Positions 39,478 through 48,438 of a stretch of DNA of 64,000 nucleotides are shown in pieces. The position numbers and the translations under genes are program-made. This DNA comes from an uncultured archaeon (lineage in GTDB: Archaea; Asgardarchaeota; Lokiarchaeia; Sigyniarchaeales; SOKP01). Below the pieces are notes generated by a model that saw nothing but the letters and a program-made list of their open reading frames with translations, ran no database searches and was not told the origin of the DNA. The stretch's first letter is position 1, and each line of letters starts with the position of its first letter. The stretch lies in contig CAZOYD010000009.1 of the NCBI GenBank assembly GCA_964583985.1, positions 12,272 to 76,271 on the forward strand, written 5' to 3'.

Positions 39478-41388
39478 ATGAGTTTTGAAGGAGAATTACA
39501 AAGAATTAGGGAAGAAATTATTCACATCCTCCCTTCTAATATTGTTGTGAAAAATATCGAATTTGAAGGTCCAGAAATTGCTGTTTATTCTGAAAATTCG
39601 GATGTTGAAGGTATAGAAAATTCCGAAATTCTCAAGGATTTGGCAAGGACTATGAGAAAAAGGGTAGTATTTCGTTGGAATGTTGAGAAACGGAAAGATC
39701 CAGATGAAACTGAAGCATATATTAGAACTCTTGTCGGTGAAGAAGCAGAAATTACGAGTATCGAATTCGATCATACTCGAGGAGAAGTCATTATTGAATC
39801 AGGAAAACCTGGCATAGTAATTGGGAAAAAAGGGATGAATCTCAAGGAAATCAGGTCAAATACGTTTTGGCAGCCTAAAACAATACGAACGCCCCCTCTT
39901 ACATCTAAAACTATCCAATTAATAAGACAAATGTTGAAAAAAGAACGTCAAAACCAAAAGCAAATACTATTAGATATTGGAAAGCGAATCCATCGACCCC
40001 CTCTTTTTCAAGATTTAGCTATCAGGATGACAGCTTTAGGAGGATTTCGAGAAGTAGGACGATCTTGCATATTAATGCAAACTAGAGATAGCAATATACT
40101 TCTTGATGTAGGATTAAATATTGGAAATAAGAATGATAAATTTCCCGGTTTTGATATCCCCGAATTTTCAATTCGGGATTTAGATGCTGTAATTGTATCC
40201 CATGCTCATTTGGATCATTGTGGAATGGTCCCATTCTTATTTAAATATGGATATCGGGGTCCCGTTTATTGTACGCTTCCCACTCGAAACCTTTCTACCA
40301 TGCTTCAATTGGATTTTGTTCAAATTGCAGAAAAAGAAGGGACCGCCCCGCCCTATTCAAAAAGAGACGTAAAAACAACAGTACTTCATACCATTCCTTT
40401 AGCTTGGGGAAAAGTCACTGATATTGCTCCTGATATAAAGTTAACTCTTCATAATTCCGGTCACATACTCGGCTCATCCATGGTACACTTACACTTTGGA
40501 AAAGGAGGATATAATTTCGTTTACACGGGTGATTTTAAATACCAGAAAACCCGTTTACTTGAAAAAGCAGCGGTGAAATTTCCACGAGTAGAAAGTTTAC
40601 TAATTGAATCTACATACGGAGGTCCTCAAGATCGAATTCCCAGCCGTCAAGATTCAGAAAGAGATCTAAAACAAATCCTCACTTCAACAATTCGAAGGGG
40701 TGGTAAAATTCTCATTCCAGTATTAGCAGTTGGAAGGGCTCAAGAATTGATTATAGTGTTAGAGGAATTAATCTCAAAAGGTATAATTGATCGAGTCCCA
40801 GTTTTCTTAGATGGTCTTATTTCAGAGGCAACTGCAATACATACTGCTCATCCCGATTATCTTAGCTTGGATCTAAGAGAAAAAATACTTCACCAAGGAA
40901 AAAATCCTTTTATGAGTGATTTCTTTACAACCGTCTCCTCAGCTGAAGAACGTCAAGATGTAATACAAGGTGGTCCTTGTATTATTTTAGCCACGAGTGG
41001 CATGTTGATAGGAGGTCCTTCGGTTCAATATTTAAGAGAACTCGCAGAAGATAAAAACAATAGCCTAGTTTTCGTGTCTTACCAAGTAGCTGGAACATTG
41101 GGAAACCGGATCATAAGAGGATTTAGAGAATTTCAATATATCGATCCCAGAGGAAGAACACAATTAGTCAAATTAAATTTAGGCGTATTCACACTTGAAG
41201 GATTTAGCGGGCATTCATCTCGAAGTCAGATCTCTCAATTTTTACGGAGAATTGCACCCAGACCTAAGGTGATAATCTGTAATCATGGTGAAGAGACAAA
41301 AGTGATTAGTTTAGCCACGATGATTCATAGAAAGTTAAGGAAGACTACGAAAGCACCTAAAAACTTAGAAACAATTTTATTGAAATAG
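39478..41388 (+). CDS. fttA: aCPSF1/FttA beta-CASP ribonuclease with KH domains
   Basis: EFEGPE, KPGIVIGK, GGFREVGRS, SHAHLDH, ESTYG, GFSGH, NHGE. Confidence 0.95.
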   Translation: MSFEGELQRIREEIIHILPSNIVVKNIEFEGPEIAVYSENSDVEGIENSEILKDLARTMRKRVVFRWNVEKRKDPDETEAYIRTLVGEEAEITSIEFDHTRGEVIIESGKPGIVIGKKGMNLKEIRSNTFWQPKTIRTPPLTSKTIQLIRQMLKKERQNQKQILLDIGKRIHRPPLFQDLAIRMTALGGFREVGRSCILMQTRDSNILLDVGLNIGNKNDKFPGFDIPEFSIRDLDAVIVSHAHLDHCGMVPFLFKYGYRGPVYCTLPTRNLSTMLQLDFVQIAEKEGTAPPYSKRDVKTTVLHTIPLAWGKVTDIAPDIKLTLHNSGHILGSSMVHLHFGKGGYNFVYTGDFKYQKTRLLEKAAVKFPRVESLLIESTYGGPQDRIPSRQDSERDLKQILTSTIRRGGKILIPVLAVGRAQELIIVLEELISKGIIDRVPVFLDGLISEATAIHTAHPDYLSLDLREKILHQGKNPFMSDFFTTVSSAEERQDVIQGGPCIILATSGMLIGGPSVQYLRELAEDKNNSLVFVSYQVAGTLGNRIIRGFREFQYIDPRGRTQLVKLNLGVFTLEGFSGHSSRSQISQFLRRIAPRPKVIICNHGEETKVISLATMIHRKLRKTTKAPKNLETILLK

Positions 41389-41749
41389 TATTTCAATACT
41401 CCTAAATGTTTTCTCTTGAATTTAATCATTGAATTTTAACTATTTTTAATGATTTTTAATAATTATATTAATATACCAAGTTATTTTTAGAATCTGAGAG
41501 GTTAAATCATACTTTTATTGAAATTTTTTTAAGATCCTAAATTTTTCTCATTGCACCTAAGATTAGATCTCTTGGTTCATCTTTTTGGTCATATTTTTTC
41601 ATGACATTTCTGAATATTCTAAATAAATTATTATATACTAAAAAGATAGATTCTATTGTTCTTAGGAGATTTCTAATTTGAATTAATTTTTTTAAACACC
41701 AATAATTTGATTATGATATTATAATAAATAAAGTTAAAAATTTTTATAA

Positions 41750-42691
41750 GTGGTACATTTGAAATTAAGACTTCAGTTGAAAGCTCACAAGATTATTCTG
41801 GCAAGACGCATCGTCCAAATCACTACATTTTTATTAATTAATTATGTAATACTTGAAACAATTTTTACAATAAATTTAAAGGGATTTGAAGGGCTCATTA
41901 AGGTCCTTCCAATTCTGAATAGTCCTCGAAATCCTCTCTCACAGGGAGCAGGAATTCTTGAATATATTTTTTATTCGATTACAAATGGATTCTTCCCTTT
42001 ATTCCTCATTGCTGTTTTAATCCTTTTTATTCTTTTCACAAATCGATCATTTTGTGGTTGGGTGTGCCCCATAGGAACTATTGAAGATGCTTGTGCTGCA
42101 TTACCAACAAAAAAGAAGGTTATCAAAACTAAAACTCATAAATCTCTACTTAATATTAAATATGTTATTATAATAATTTTAATAATCTTTATTGTACCCT
42201 TAGGAATTACGAAAACAACTAATCAATTATTTTACTTGGAATTTAAGACCCAATTAGGTGATTTTGGAAACAAACCAATTGGCTATTTTTCCATGTCAGA
42301 GTTTATCTTTTCTTATTTTATGCAATTTATAACTGATTGGTCATCAATTTTCAATAGCGGTAATTGGGGTGCTATTATCATTTTCCTGTTCTATCTATTG
42401 ATTCTACTCTTATCCATTTGGTATCCTCGAATGTATTGCAGGTATTTTTGTCCTTTTGCAGCGGTTTCAGCAACAATTGCAGATTATTCCTTTTTGAAAC
42501 TCTCAAGGAATCCTGTGCGATGTGTTGGAAGATCAGAGTGCGGGATCTGTGAGAAAGTGTGTCCGAAACAAGTTAGAATATTAGATGAACCTTTCGAATT
42601 TTTCACTGGAAATGGCGAATGCAATTTCTGCTTGACTTGTAAGGAAAAATGTCCTCATAATGCCATTATTATAAAGTTTGGTAATGTATAG
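41750..42691 (+). CDS. NapH/MauN-type membrane polyferredoxin
   Basis: FCGWVCP, YCRYFCP, two C-terminal 4Fe-4S motifs, TM helices. Confidence 0.85.
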   Translation: MVHLKLRLQLKAHKIILARRIVQITTFLLINYVILETIFTINLKGFEGLIKVLPILNSPRNPLSQGAGILEYIFYSITNGFFPLFLIAVLILFILFTNRSFCGWVCPIGTIEDACAALPTKKKVIKTKTHKSLLNIKYVIIIILIIFIVPLGITKTTNQLFYLEFKTQLGDFGNKPIGYFSMSEFIFSYFMQFITDWSSIFNSGNWGAIIIFLFYLLILLLSIWYPRMYCRYFCPFAAVSATIADYSFLKLSRNPVRCVGRSECGICEKVCPKQVRILDEPFEFFTGNGECNFCLTCKEKCPHNAIIIKFGNV

Positions 42692-42782
42692 CATCAATCA
42701 TCATTATGATGAGTCAATTTAATAATTAAATGAGATAAATGAGGTTTTAAATAATAGATTCTTCATGTTTGGTGGTTGACTA

Positions 42783-43979
42783 ATGGATCCCGCTCGAATA
42801 GAATTATTACGACAACTTATGCAAAAAAATACTGATATAGGTAAACGAGGTATCCCAGATTCTTGGGCGATAAGGCATAATAAAGAAGAGGATGATTCAG
42901 ATATTCGACCCCCTTTCTTTAGGGATGTAGATAGAATTGTTCATTCCAAAGCGTATGCGAGATATATTGATAAAACACAAGTTTTCTTTGGAGTAATCAA
43001 TGCAAATATAACACACCGATCTCTTCACGTACTATTAGTGTCAAGGGTATCACGTCAAATAGGAAGAATCTTAAAGTTAAATTCTGATTTAATTGAGGCA
43101 ATAGCTCTTGGTCATGATATTGGTCATTCCCCTTTCGGTCATCTTGGGGAACAAATCCTTGATGAAATAAGTGACGATTATGCAATGGGTAATTTTAACC
43201 ACAATGCTCAAGGAATACGATGGCTTTCATTTTTGGAAAAGCGATTTCCAAAAGAATCAGCAAAAGGATTGAACTTGACATTGCAAGTACTTGATGGGAT
43301 TTTATGTCATGACGGGGAAATATATGAGAGAGAATTAAAACCTGAAAAGATAAATGGTAAAACGTGGATTGATCATAATAATGAATACCAAGATGCTATT
43401 GCGAAAAATAAGATCAGGAAAATTCCTACCACGTTTGAAGGTATTGCTGTCAGATTTGCTGACACAATTTCGTACATCGGAAGGGATATTGAAGACGCAA
43501 TTTTACTGAAATTTATTAAGAGAGAAGATATACCTGAATTCTGTAAAGAAGTGTTAGGAGATACTAATCGTGAAATTATGAAATCCTTGATTATGGATTT
43601 ATTAAACTATAGTTTAGAAAATAGCACTATCGGATATACTGAAGAAGTATTTAAAGCTCTGCGTGAATTAAAAGCATTTAATTATAATCGTATATATACG
43701 AGACGAGACTTGATGATTGGAAATGGAGTAAAATTTCTTGATAAATTAAAAGAGAAGTTTCAACTTATTTTTATCACGGCTTTAAAAGATTTAGAAGAAG
43801 AAAAATATGATTCACCAATTTTTAATGACCATATAGCATATATTGACGATCCCGATTATAATACATATTATCATCCCTTACAAGATCAAAATAAACTAAC
43901 TTTAATTGTCAGAGATTATATCGCTGGAATGTCAGATAAATATTTTGAAGAAGTTTACTATAAATTTAAGAAAAATTGA
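42783..43979 (+). CDS. dGTP triphosphohydrolase-like HD protein
   Basis: RDVDRIVHS, KTQVF, GHDIGHSPFGH, DYIAGMSD. Confidence 0.88.
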   Translation: MDPARIELLRQLMQKNTDIGKRGIPDSWAIRHNKEEDDSDIRPPFFRDVDRIVHSKAYARYIDKTQVFFGVINANITHRSLHVLLVSRVSRQIGRILKLNSDLIEAIALGHDIGHSPFGHLGEQILDEISDDYAMGNFNHNAQGIRWLSFLEKRFPKESAKGLNLTLQVLDGILCHDGEIYERELKPEKINGKTWIDHNNEYQDAIAKNKIRKIPTTFEGIAVRFADTISYIGRDIEDAILLKFIKREDIPEFCKEVLGDTNREIMKSLIMDLLNYSLENSTIGYTEEVFKALRELKAFNYNRIYTRRDLMIGNGVKFLDKLKEKFQLIFITALKDLEEEKYDSPIFNDHIAYIDDPDYNTYYHPLQDQNKLTLIVRDYIAGMSDKYFEEVYYKFKKN

Positions 43980-44038
43980 GCTTAGGCATTAAAATTAATC
44001 TTAGATTAAAAAATGTAAAAAAAAAAAGTGATAATTCA

Positions 44039-45640
44039 TTATGACTTTACTTTTCTTTTTATCGATATAAATATTACTACTCCAATAATCGCCATCACGC
44101 TTCCAGAGATAGTTAAGCCATAAAGTAAGGCAGAAGAGAGTTCAGCGGGATTAAAAGGTAAACCTTGCTGAATTTGAGCTAATAATGGAACAACTTTATC
44201 TCTGAAAGTGGGTAACCATAAAATAATATCATCCATCTGATCATCGGTTAAATAATTAAAGGTTTTCATATTACTATAGATTAAAGGGTCAGGATTGTCT
44301 AATAAACCATACCAATATTGAAGACCACTTTCACTGACTAAAGCATAAACATTAGTTACGTCAAACAATGATTCAGATGCTCTTAGTGAGATTGTTGAAG
44401 CAATTGGTACTCCGACCTCCCAGCCATTTACTCCCATTCCTATTGGTAATGTTAAACCATTAGGATAGAGTGTTCCATTTGCCCATTGGGCATAAAAAAG
44501 AATTTCTGAATATCGTGTAAGGGTTATCCCTCTATCATACAAGAATAATCCTGGAACGACATCTTCTTTAAAAGAGGAATTATATCCCCAAAGCCATTCA
44601 AGAATGGATTTAAGTTGAAAATCTGTCAAGTTAAACTGATTTTTTAAAGCATTTTTTGAAGAATTACCATCATCTATAGTATTATTCGCCAAGATCCACG
44701 TTGCTAACCCATCAGATTCTTGCAACGAGGGTAAATCTCCTTTATAAGTGATGTTTAAAAATGAATATGGATTGGTTTTATTAAATAGATCTAAGCACGT
44801 TTGAAAAGATATATTAGTAGCAATAGGATATCCTACTTCAAAACCGATAACACTATAAGTCATACCTAGTAAATCCCCGAGATCGAGTTGTCCCAATGAA
44901 GCATTTGCCCATTGGTCATAATACATAATTTCAGCGATATCAACCGTGGTTAATCCTACATATTCCGGAGGTGCCAACGAACTAAGAAGAATTATGTTTA
45001 TTGCTTCTACAATAAAATAATCTAATATATAGCTCGTTAAGTTTGTTAATTGCCCCCATGATGCATTGTAATTGGTGATCATGAATTCCTTTATTGTGTC
45101 ATTTAGACCAGCTTTATCATAAAGATCTAAGTAATTTATAACACCCCATCCTACATCTATATCTTCCATCAATCCGGGTAATCCAATTGAATCATTCCCA
45201 AATGTTAAAGCCTCACTTGCCGCATCAGTATAATTTAGCGAATAAGTAGCATTGGAAACATACTCTGATACCCCCTTTATAGGTGGATATCCGAGAGCAG
45301 TAAGGAGTGCACTGAGTGTAGCATAATTTAAAATTAATGTGATGCCCGTTAATCCAAGAAGATTATAAAATTCATTCATAGCCCCTGCAAGAAACGTACA
45401 ATTTACTAAGAAGTGAATTATTGGAAAACCTTCTTCATAAATTCCCGTTAAAACGTCTGGGATTGCTACAGTCTTTATCGTTTCATTAATTTCTGGAATC
45501 ATTTCTTCTTGTATACCAAGAAGTGCATCAGGAACTCCTTGAGAAATTTCATTGTTGATGAGATTATTTATTACTAAACCAGATGGGATTAAACCACATG
45601 CTAAAAGCATCGTGATTATCACAACAGTTTTTTTCTGCAT
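44039..45640 (-). CDS. Double-anchored surface glycoprotein with internal repeats
   Basis: N- and C-terminal TM; two QWAN...G(F/W)EVG.PIA repeats 142 aa apart; >15 N-x-S/T sequons. Confidence 0.65.
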   Translation of the reverse strand: MQKKTVVIITMLLACGLIPSGLVINNLINNEISQGVPDALLGIQEEMIPEINETIKTVAIPDVLTGIYEEGFPIIHFLVNCTFLAGAMNEFYNLLGLTGITLILNYATLSALLTALGYPPIKGVSEYVSNATYSLNYTDAASEALTFGNDSIGLPGLMEDIDVGWGVINYLDLYDKAGLNDTIKEFMITNYNASWGQLTNLTSYILDYFIVEAINIILLSSLAPPEYVGLTTVDIAEIMYYDQWANASLGQLDLGDLLGMTYSVIGFEVGYPIATNISFQTCLDLFNKTNPYSFLNITYKGDLPSLQESDGLATWILANNTIDDGNSSKNALKNQFNLTDFQLKSILEWLWGYNSSFKEDVVPGLFLYDRGITLTRYSEILFYAQWANGTLYPNGLTLPIGMGVNGWEVGVPIASTISLRASESLFDVTNVYALVSESGLQYWYGLLDNPDPLIYSNMKTFNYLTDDQMDDIILWLPTFRDKVVPLLAQIQQGLPFNPAELSSALLYGLTISGSVMAIIGVVIFISIKRKVKS

Positions 45641-45845
45641 TTTAATATACCATTATTTTCTTGGATTAGTGATACATTTGTTGGTCTTATGCTAATTCTT
45701 TATTTAAAAATATGCATAATAATGGTCACCATTATTATCAAATATAAATAATTTTACTTGAATAGGATCATCAAAAGCAATTTATCATAAAGGATAAGCT
45801 AATTGTGTAATAAATCTAACAAAAATGTAATAGAAAACAATAAAA

Positions 45846-45993
45846 GGATTACACATGGAGGATACAATTTTTAATACGGGGTTTTGTTTGTTTTCAGTCA
45901 CGGGGTTTAACCCTATAAAAGGGCTAGAAGAAAATATTTTTAAAAAATTAGGATATCCTCCAAGAAATAATGTTGTGTAATCCAAGAAATAAT
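45846..45993. repeat. Nested inverted and direct repeats in long intergenic region
   Basis: GGATTACACA/TGTGTAATCC, TGGAGGATA/TATCCTCCA, ACGGGGTTT x2, TCCAAGAAATAAT x2. Confidence 0.6.
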
Positions 45994-46162
45994 AAAACCA
46001 TTTACTAATAAAAATCTATCTTAAATTTTTGATAGTAGTCTCAATATTTTTAAAAAAAATTTTAATGTCATACATCTCTCTCATAAAATGTACTAAAGAA
46101 AGATAATTATAAATTAATCTTTCAATTGGTATTTAAACCAAAAAAAATACTAAATATCTTTC

Positions 46163-46292
46163 AGCCCGGTAGTGTAGTGGCCAAGCATTTGGGACTCTGA
46201 AAAAACTCAATTTCTGAGAACTGGTGAGATCCTGAGACCACGGTTCGAAAATTGAACTTTCTTTTGTTCAATCGAAATTCCGTGCCGGGCTA
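46163..46292 (+). tRNA. tRNA-Gln (CTG) with two introns (37/38: 46201-46228; 59/60: 46250-46278)
   Basis: A1-U72 acceptor AGCCCGG/CCGGGCT, anticodon CTG at 46197-46199, T stem CACGG/CCGTG; removing 28+29 nt gives a 73-nt cloverleaf. Confidence 0.88.
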
Positions 46293-46313
46293 TTAATTTA
46301 TCTTTTAAAAAAC

Positions 46314-46664
46314 CTATCCCGTTCTCTTAATTACATGATACCCATATTTGGTTTTAACAGGCTTAGATATTTCTCCGATTTTTAGGTTTTTACAAGCATT
46401 CCAAAACTCTGGAACCATATCATTTTTGGTAAACTCTCCTAGATTGCCACCTCGTTTCTTACTTGGACAATTTGAGAATGTTCGCGCTAAATCTTCAAGT
46501 TTATCTCCCGATAATATGTTTTCATAGATTTCTTGAGCCTTGCTTAATTTATCTACCAATACATGACTTGCTTTTATTTTTCCACCTTTAATTGGAGAAC
46601 CCCCTTGGTTGCTTGAACTGATATCCTTTTTTTGGAATTCCTTGCCATACTTATTCTTTCCCAT
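46314..46664 (-). CDS. ppiC: Parvulin-type peptidyl-prolyl isomerase
   Basis: ASHVLV, SNCPS...GGNLG, MVPEF, PVKTKYGYHVI. Confidence 0.9.
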   Translation of the reverse strand: MGKNKYGKEFQKKDISSSNQGGSPIKGGKIKASHVLVDKLSKAQEIYENILSGDKLEDLARTFSNCPSKKRGGNLGEFTKNDMVPEFWNACKNLKIGEISKPVKTKYGYHVIKRTG

Positions 46665-46694
46665 AAAATCACATCTTATCTTTTTTTTCTTATA

Positions 46695-47834
46695 TTATTC
46701 CAATCCTTTCTCCCTTCGACGCAATTCTGCTTTTTTATGCATAATTTCTAAATAGAGCTCTGTTTTTGATGGAGGTGGAATAAATTCTGTTGTTTTCTTT
46801 TTCAATATTATTGCTTCTTCAGGACATATTATGGTGCAATTACCGCAACCTATGCATAAATTCTTATTGACTATAGCGATCCCATCTTCTAATGAAATAG
46901 CGTCCAATTGGCACCGTTGTTCACAAGTACCACAACCAACACATAATTCAATATCAACTTCAGCATAAAAATTATTGTGCATTAGATCAGCTGGTCTATC
47001 TAATTTCTTTATATTTGTTATCATATCGCAACAGCAACCACAACAGTTGCAAATATAATTAGGTTTTAAAGCATTCCCCGGTTGAATAATTAGTCCAGCA
47101 TCTTGAGCTTTCTTAAAGATGTCAAGTGCTTCTTTCTTGGTAATTTCGCGACCTTTTTTGTTATCTAAAATGTGTTGAACAGAACTGTCTAAAACAAAGC
47201 ATACTTCTCTTAAATCTGATACTTTACATGGTTTTCCGATGAGATCCTTTCCTTGGCGACATACACAATCTTGTACTGCGATTCTATTAGCATTTTCAAT
47301 CAGATTCTTTATTTCATCAAATGTAGCAATATGATGCTCTGGAGTGATGCTTTTTTCCACGGGAATAGTCCGTAATTGATTTATTTTAGTACTTGCAAAC
47401 TCTTCTCTAAAAACTTCATCCATGTACTGTTCGAACGTTTCATAAAATTCCGCATCCATGCGATGCAACTGATACTCAAACATGCCTACAGCTAAAAATG
47501 CATTATGATAATGAATCTCTTCTCCATTTTCATTCTCTACTCTTTTAACGTTAATTGCCCCATTTTTGTACATATTTCTTAAAATTATCTCAAGTTGCTC
47601 TAAAGTTATGCCATATTTTTTTACTCGTCTATAGATCGTCCTCAGTGATTCGGGAATCAATCTCAAGTTAATGCCAATTAATGCTTCTTCTGGTGTGAAT
47701 ATAAATTTCAAGATTTTTAAATCAGTTCCTGATTCGGTTGGTGGATATCCTATGGGTAAGGTATCTAAATGTTGCTGTAATTTTCGATATATATCTTGAG
47801 GTACATCTTTTATAAATGTTTGATCTACACACAT
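46695..47834 (-). CDS. 4Fe-4S dicluster protein with N-terminal helical domain
   Basis: CVCR, ICNCCGCCC, two CxxCxxCxxxC motifs. Confidence 0.85.
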   Translation of the reverse strand: MCVDQTFIKDVPQDIYRKLQQHLDTLPIGYPPTESGTDLKILKFIFTPEEALIGINLRLIPESLRTIYRRVKKYGITLEQLEIILRNMYKNGAINVKRVENENGEEIHYHNAFLAVGMFEYQLHRMDAEFYETFEQYMDEVFREEFASTKINQLRTIPVEKSITPEHHIATFDEIKNLIENANRIAVQDCVCRQGKDLIGKPCKVSDLREVCFVLDSSVQHILDNKKGREITKKEALDIFKKAQDAGLIIQPGNALKPNYICNCCGCCCDMITNIKKLDRPADLMHNNFYAEVDIELCVGCGTCEQRCQLDAISLEDGIAIVNKNLCIGCGNCTIICPEEAIILKKKTTEFIPPPSKTELYLEIMHKKAELRRREKGLE

Positions 47835-47939
47835 GATTCATTTCTGATATTTAAGCTTGATTCTCCTAAACATATGATGAAAAGTATCACTCATTTTAAA
47901 CTTGACTTCATATCAAGTTAATTAGCGAAACTAAGAAAA

Positions 47940-48353
47940 TTAATTCATAATTATGTATCGAAAGTTTGAGATTTCTTGAATTCCATTTATTTCTACTACG
48001 AATTTTTGGAATAATTCTACAGTCGTTTCTATCATCATAAAAATTATCACATTATTAGCGTGAAAATGTTGATTTTTACTTATGATATAATCTTTATATT
48101 CCGCTTCTATCTTGTTGAGTTTTTTCTGAATTAATTGATCATGGGGCATTACAATTATTAGATTACCAATAATCGTTTTACCTAATGGAGTTAAATTACT
48201 AAATGTTTCTATATTTGATACATCCATAGATGACATTAATCTTAAAAGCGCGTCTCTAATCAACTTTGATTTATTCTCGTATTGATTTCGTGAGACTAAT
48301 TTATTAATAAATTCTCGAAGATTTTCATTTATAGAAAAAGATACAATTGGCAT
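47940..48353 (-). CDS. CopG/NikR-like ribbon-helix-helix regulator
   Basis: MPIVSFSI...KSKLIRDAL RHH, C-terminal ACT-like domain with HxH. Confidence 0.75.
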   Translation of the reverse strand: MPIVSFSINENLREFINKLVSRNQYENKSKLIRDALLRLMSSMDVSNIETFSNLTPLGKTIIGNLIIVMPHDQLIQKKLNKIEAEYKDYIISKNQHFHANNVIIFMMIETTVELFQKFVVEINGIQEISNFRYIIMN

Positions 48354-48438
48354 GATAAACTGACTTTTTTATATTAATCATATATTATTAGATCTATTAA
48401 ATATATATAACTATTAGTTGTGACAATTCAGTCAATTA

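Noticed and set aside
45785-45985. 66-aa minus-strand ORF
   Set aside because: No recognisable features; overlaps the repeat structure and is likely spurious
46195-46229. Alternative splice giving a CTA (amber suppressor) or TGA anticodon
   Set aside because: A1-U72 Gln body and the 37/38 bulge geometry with the A-I pair support CTG
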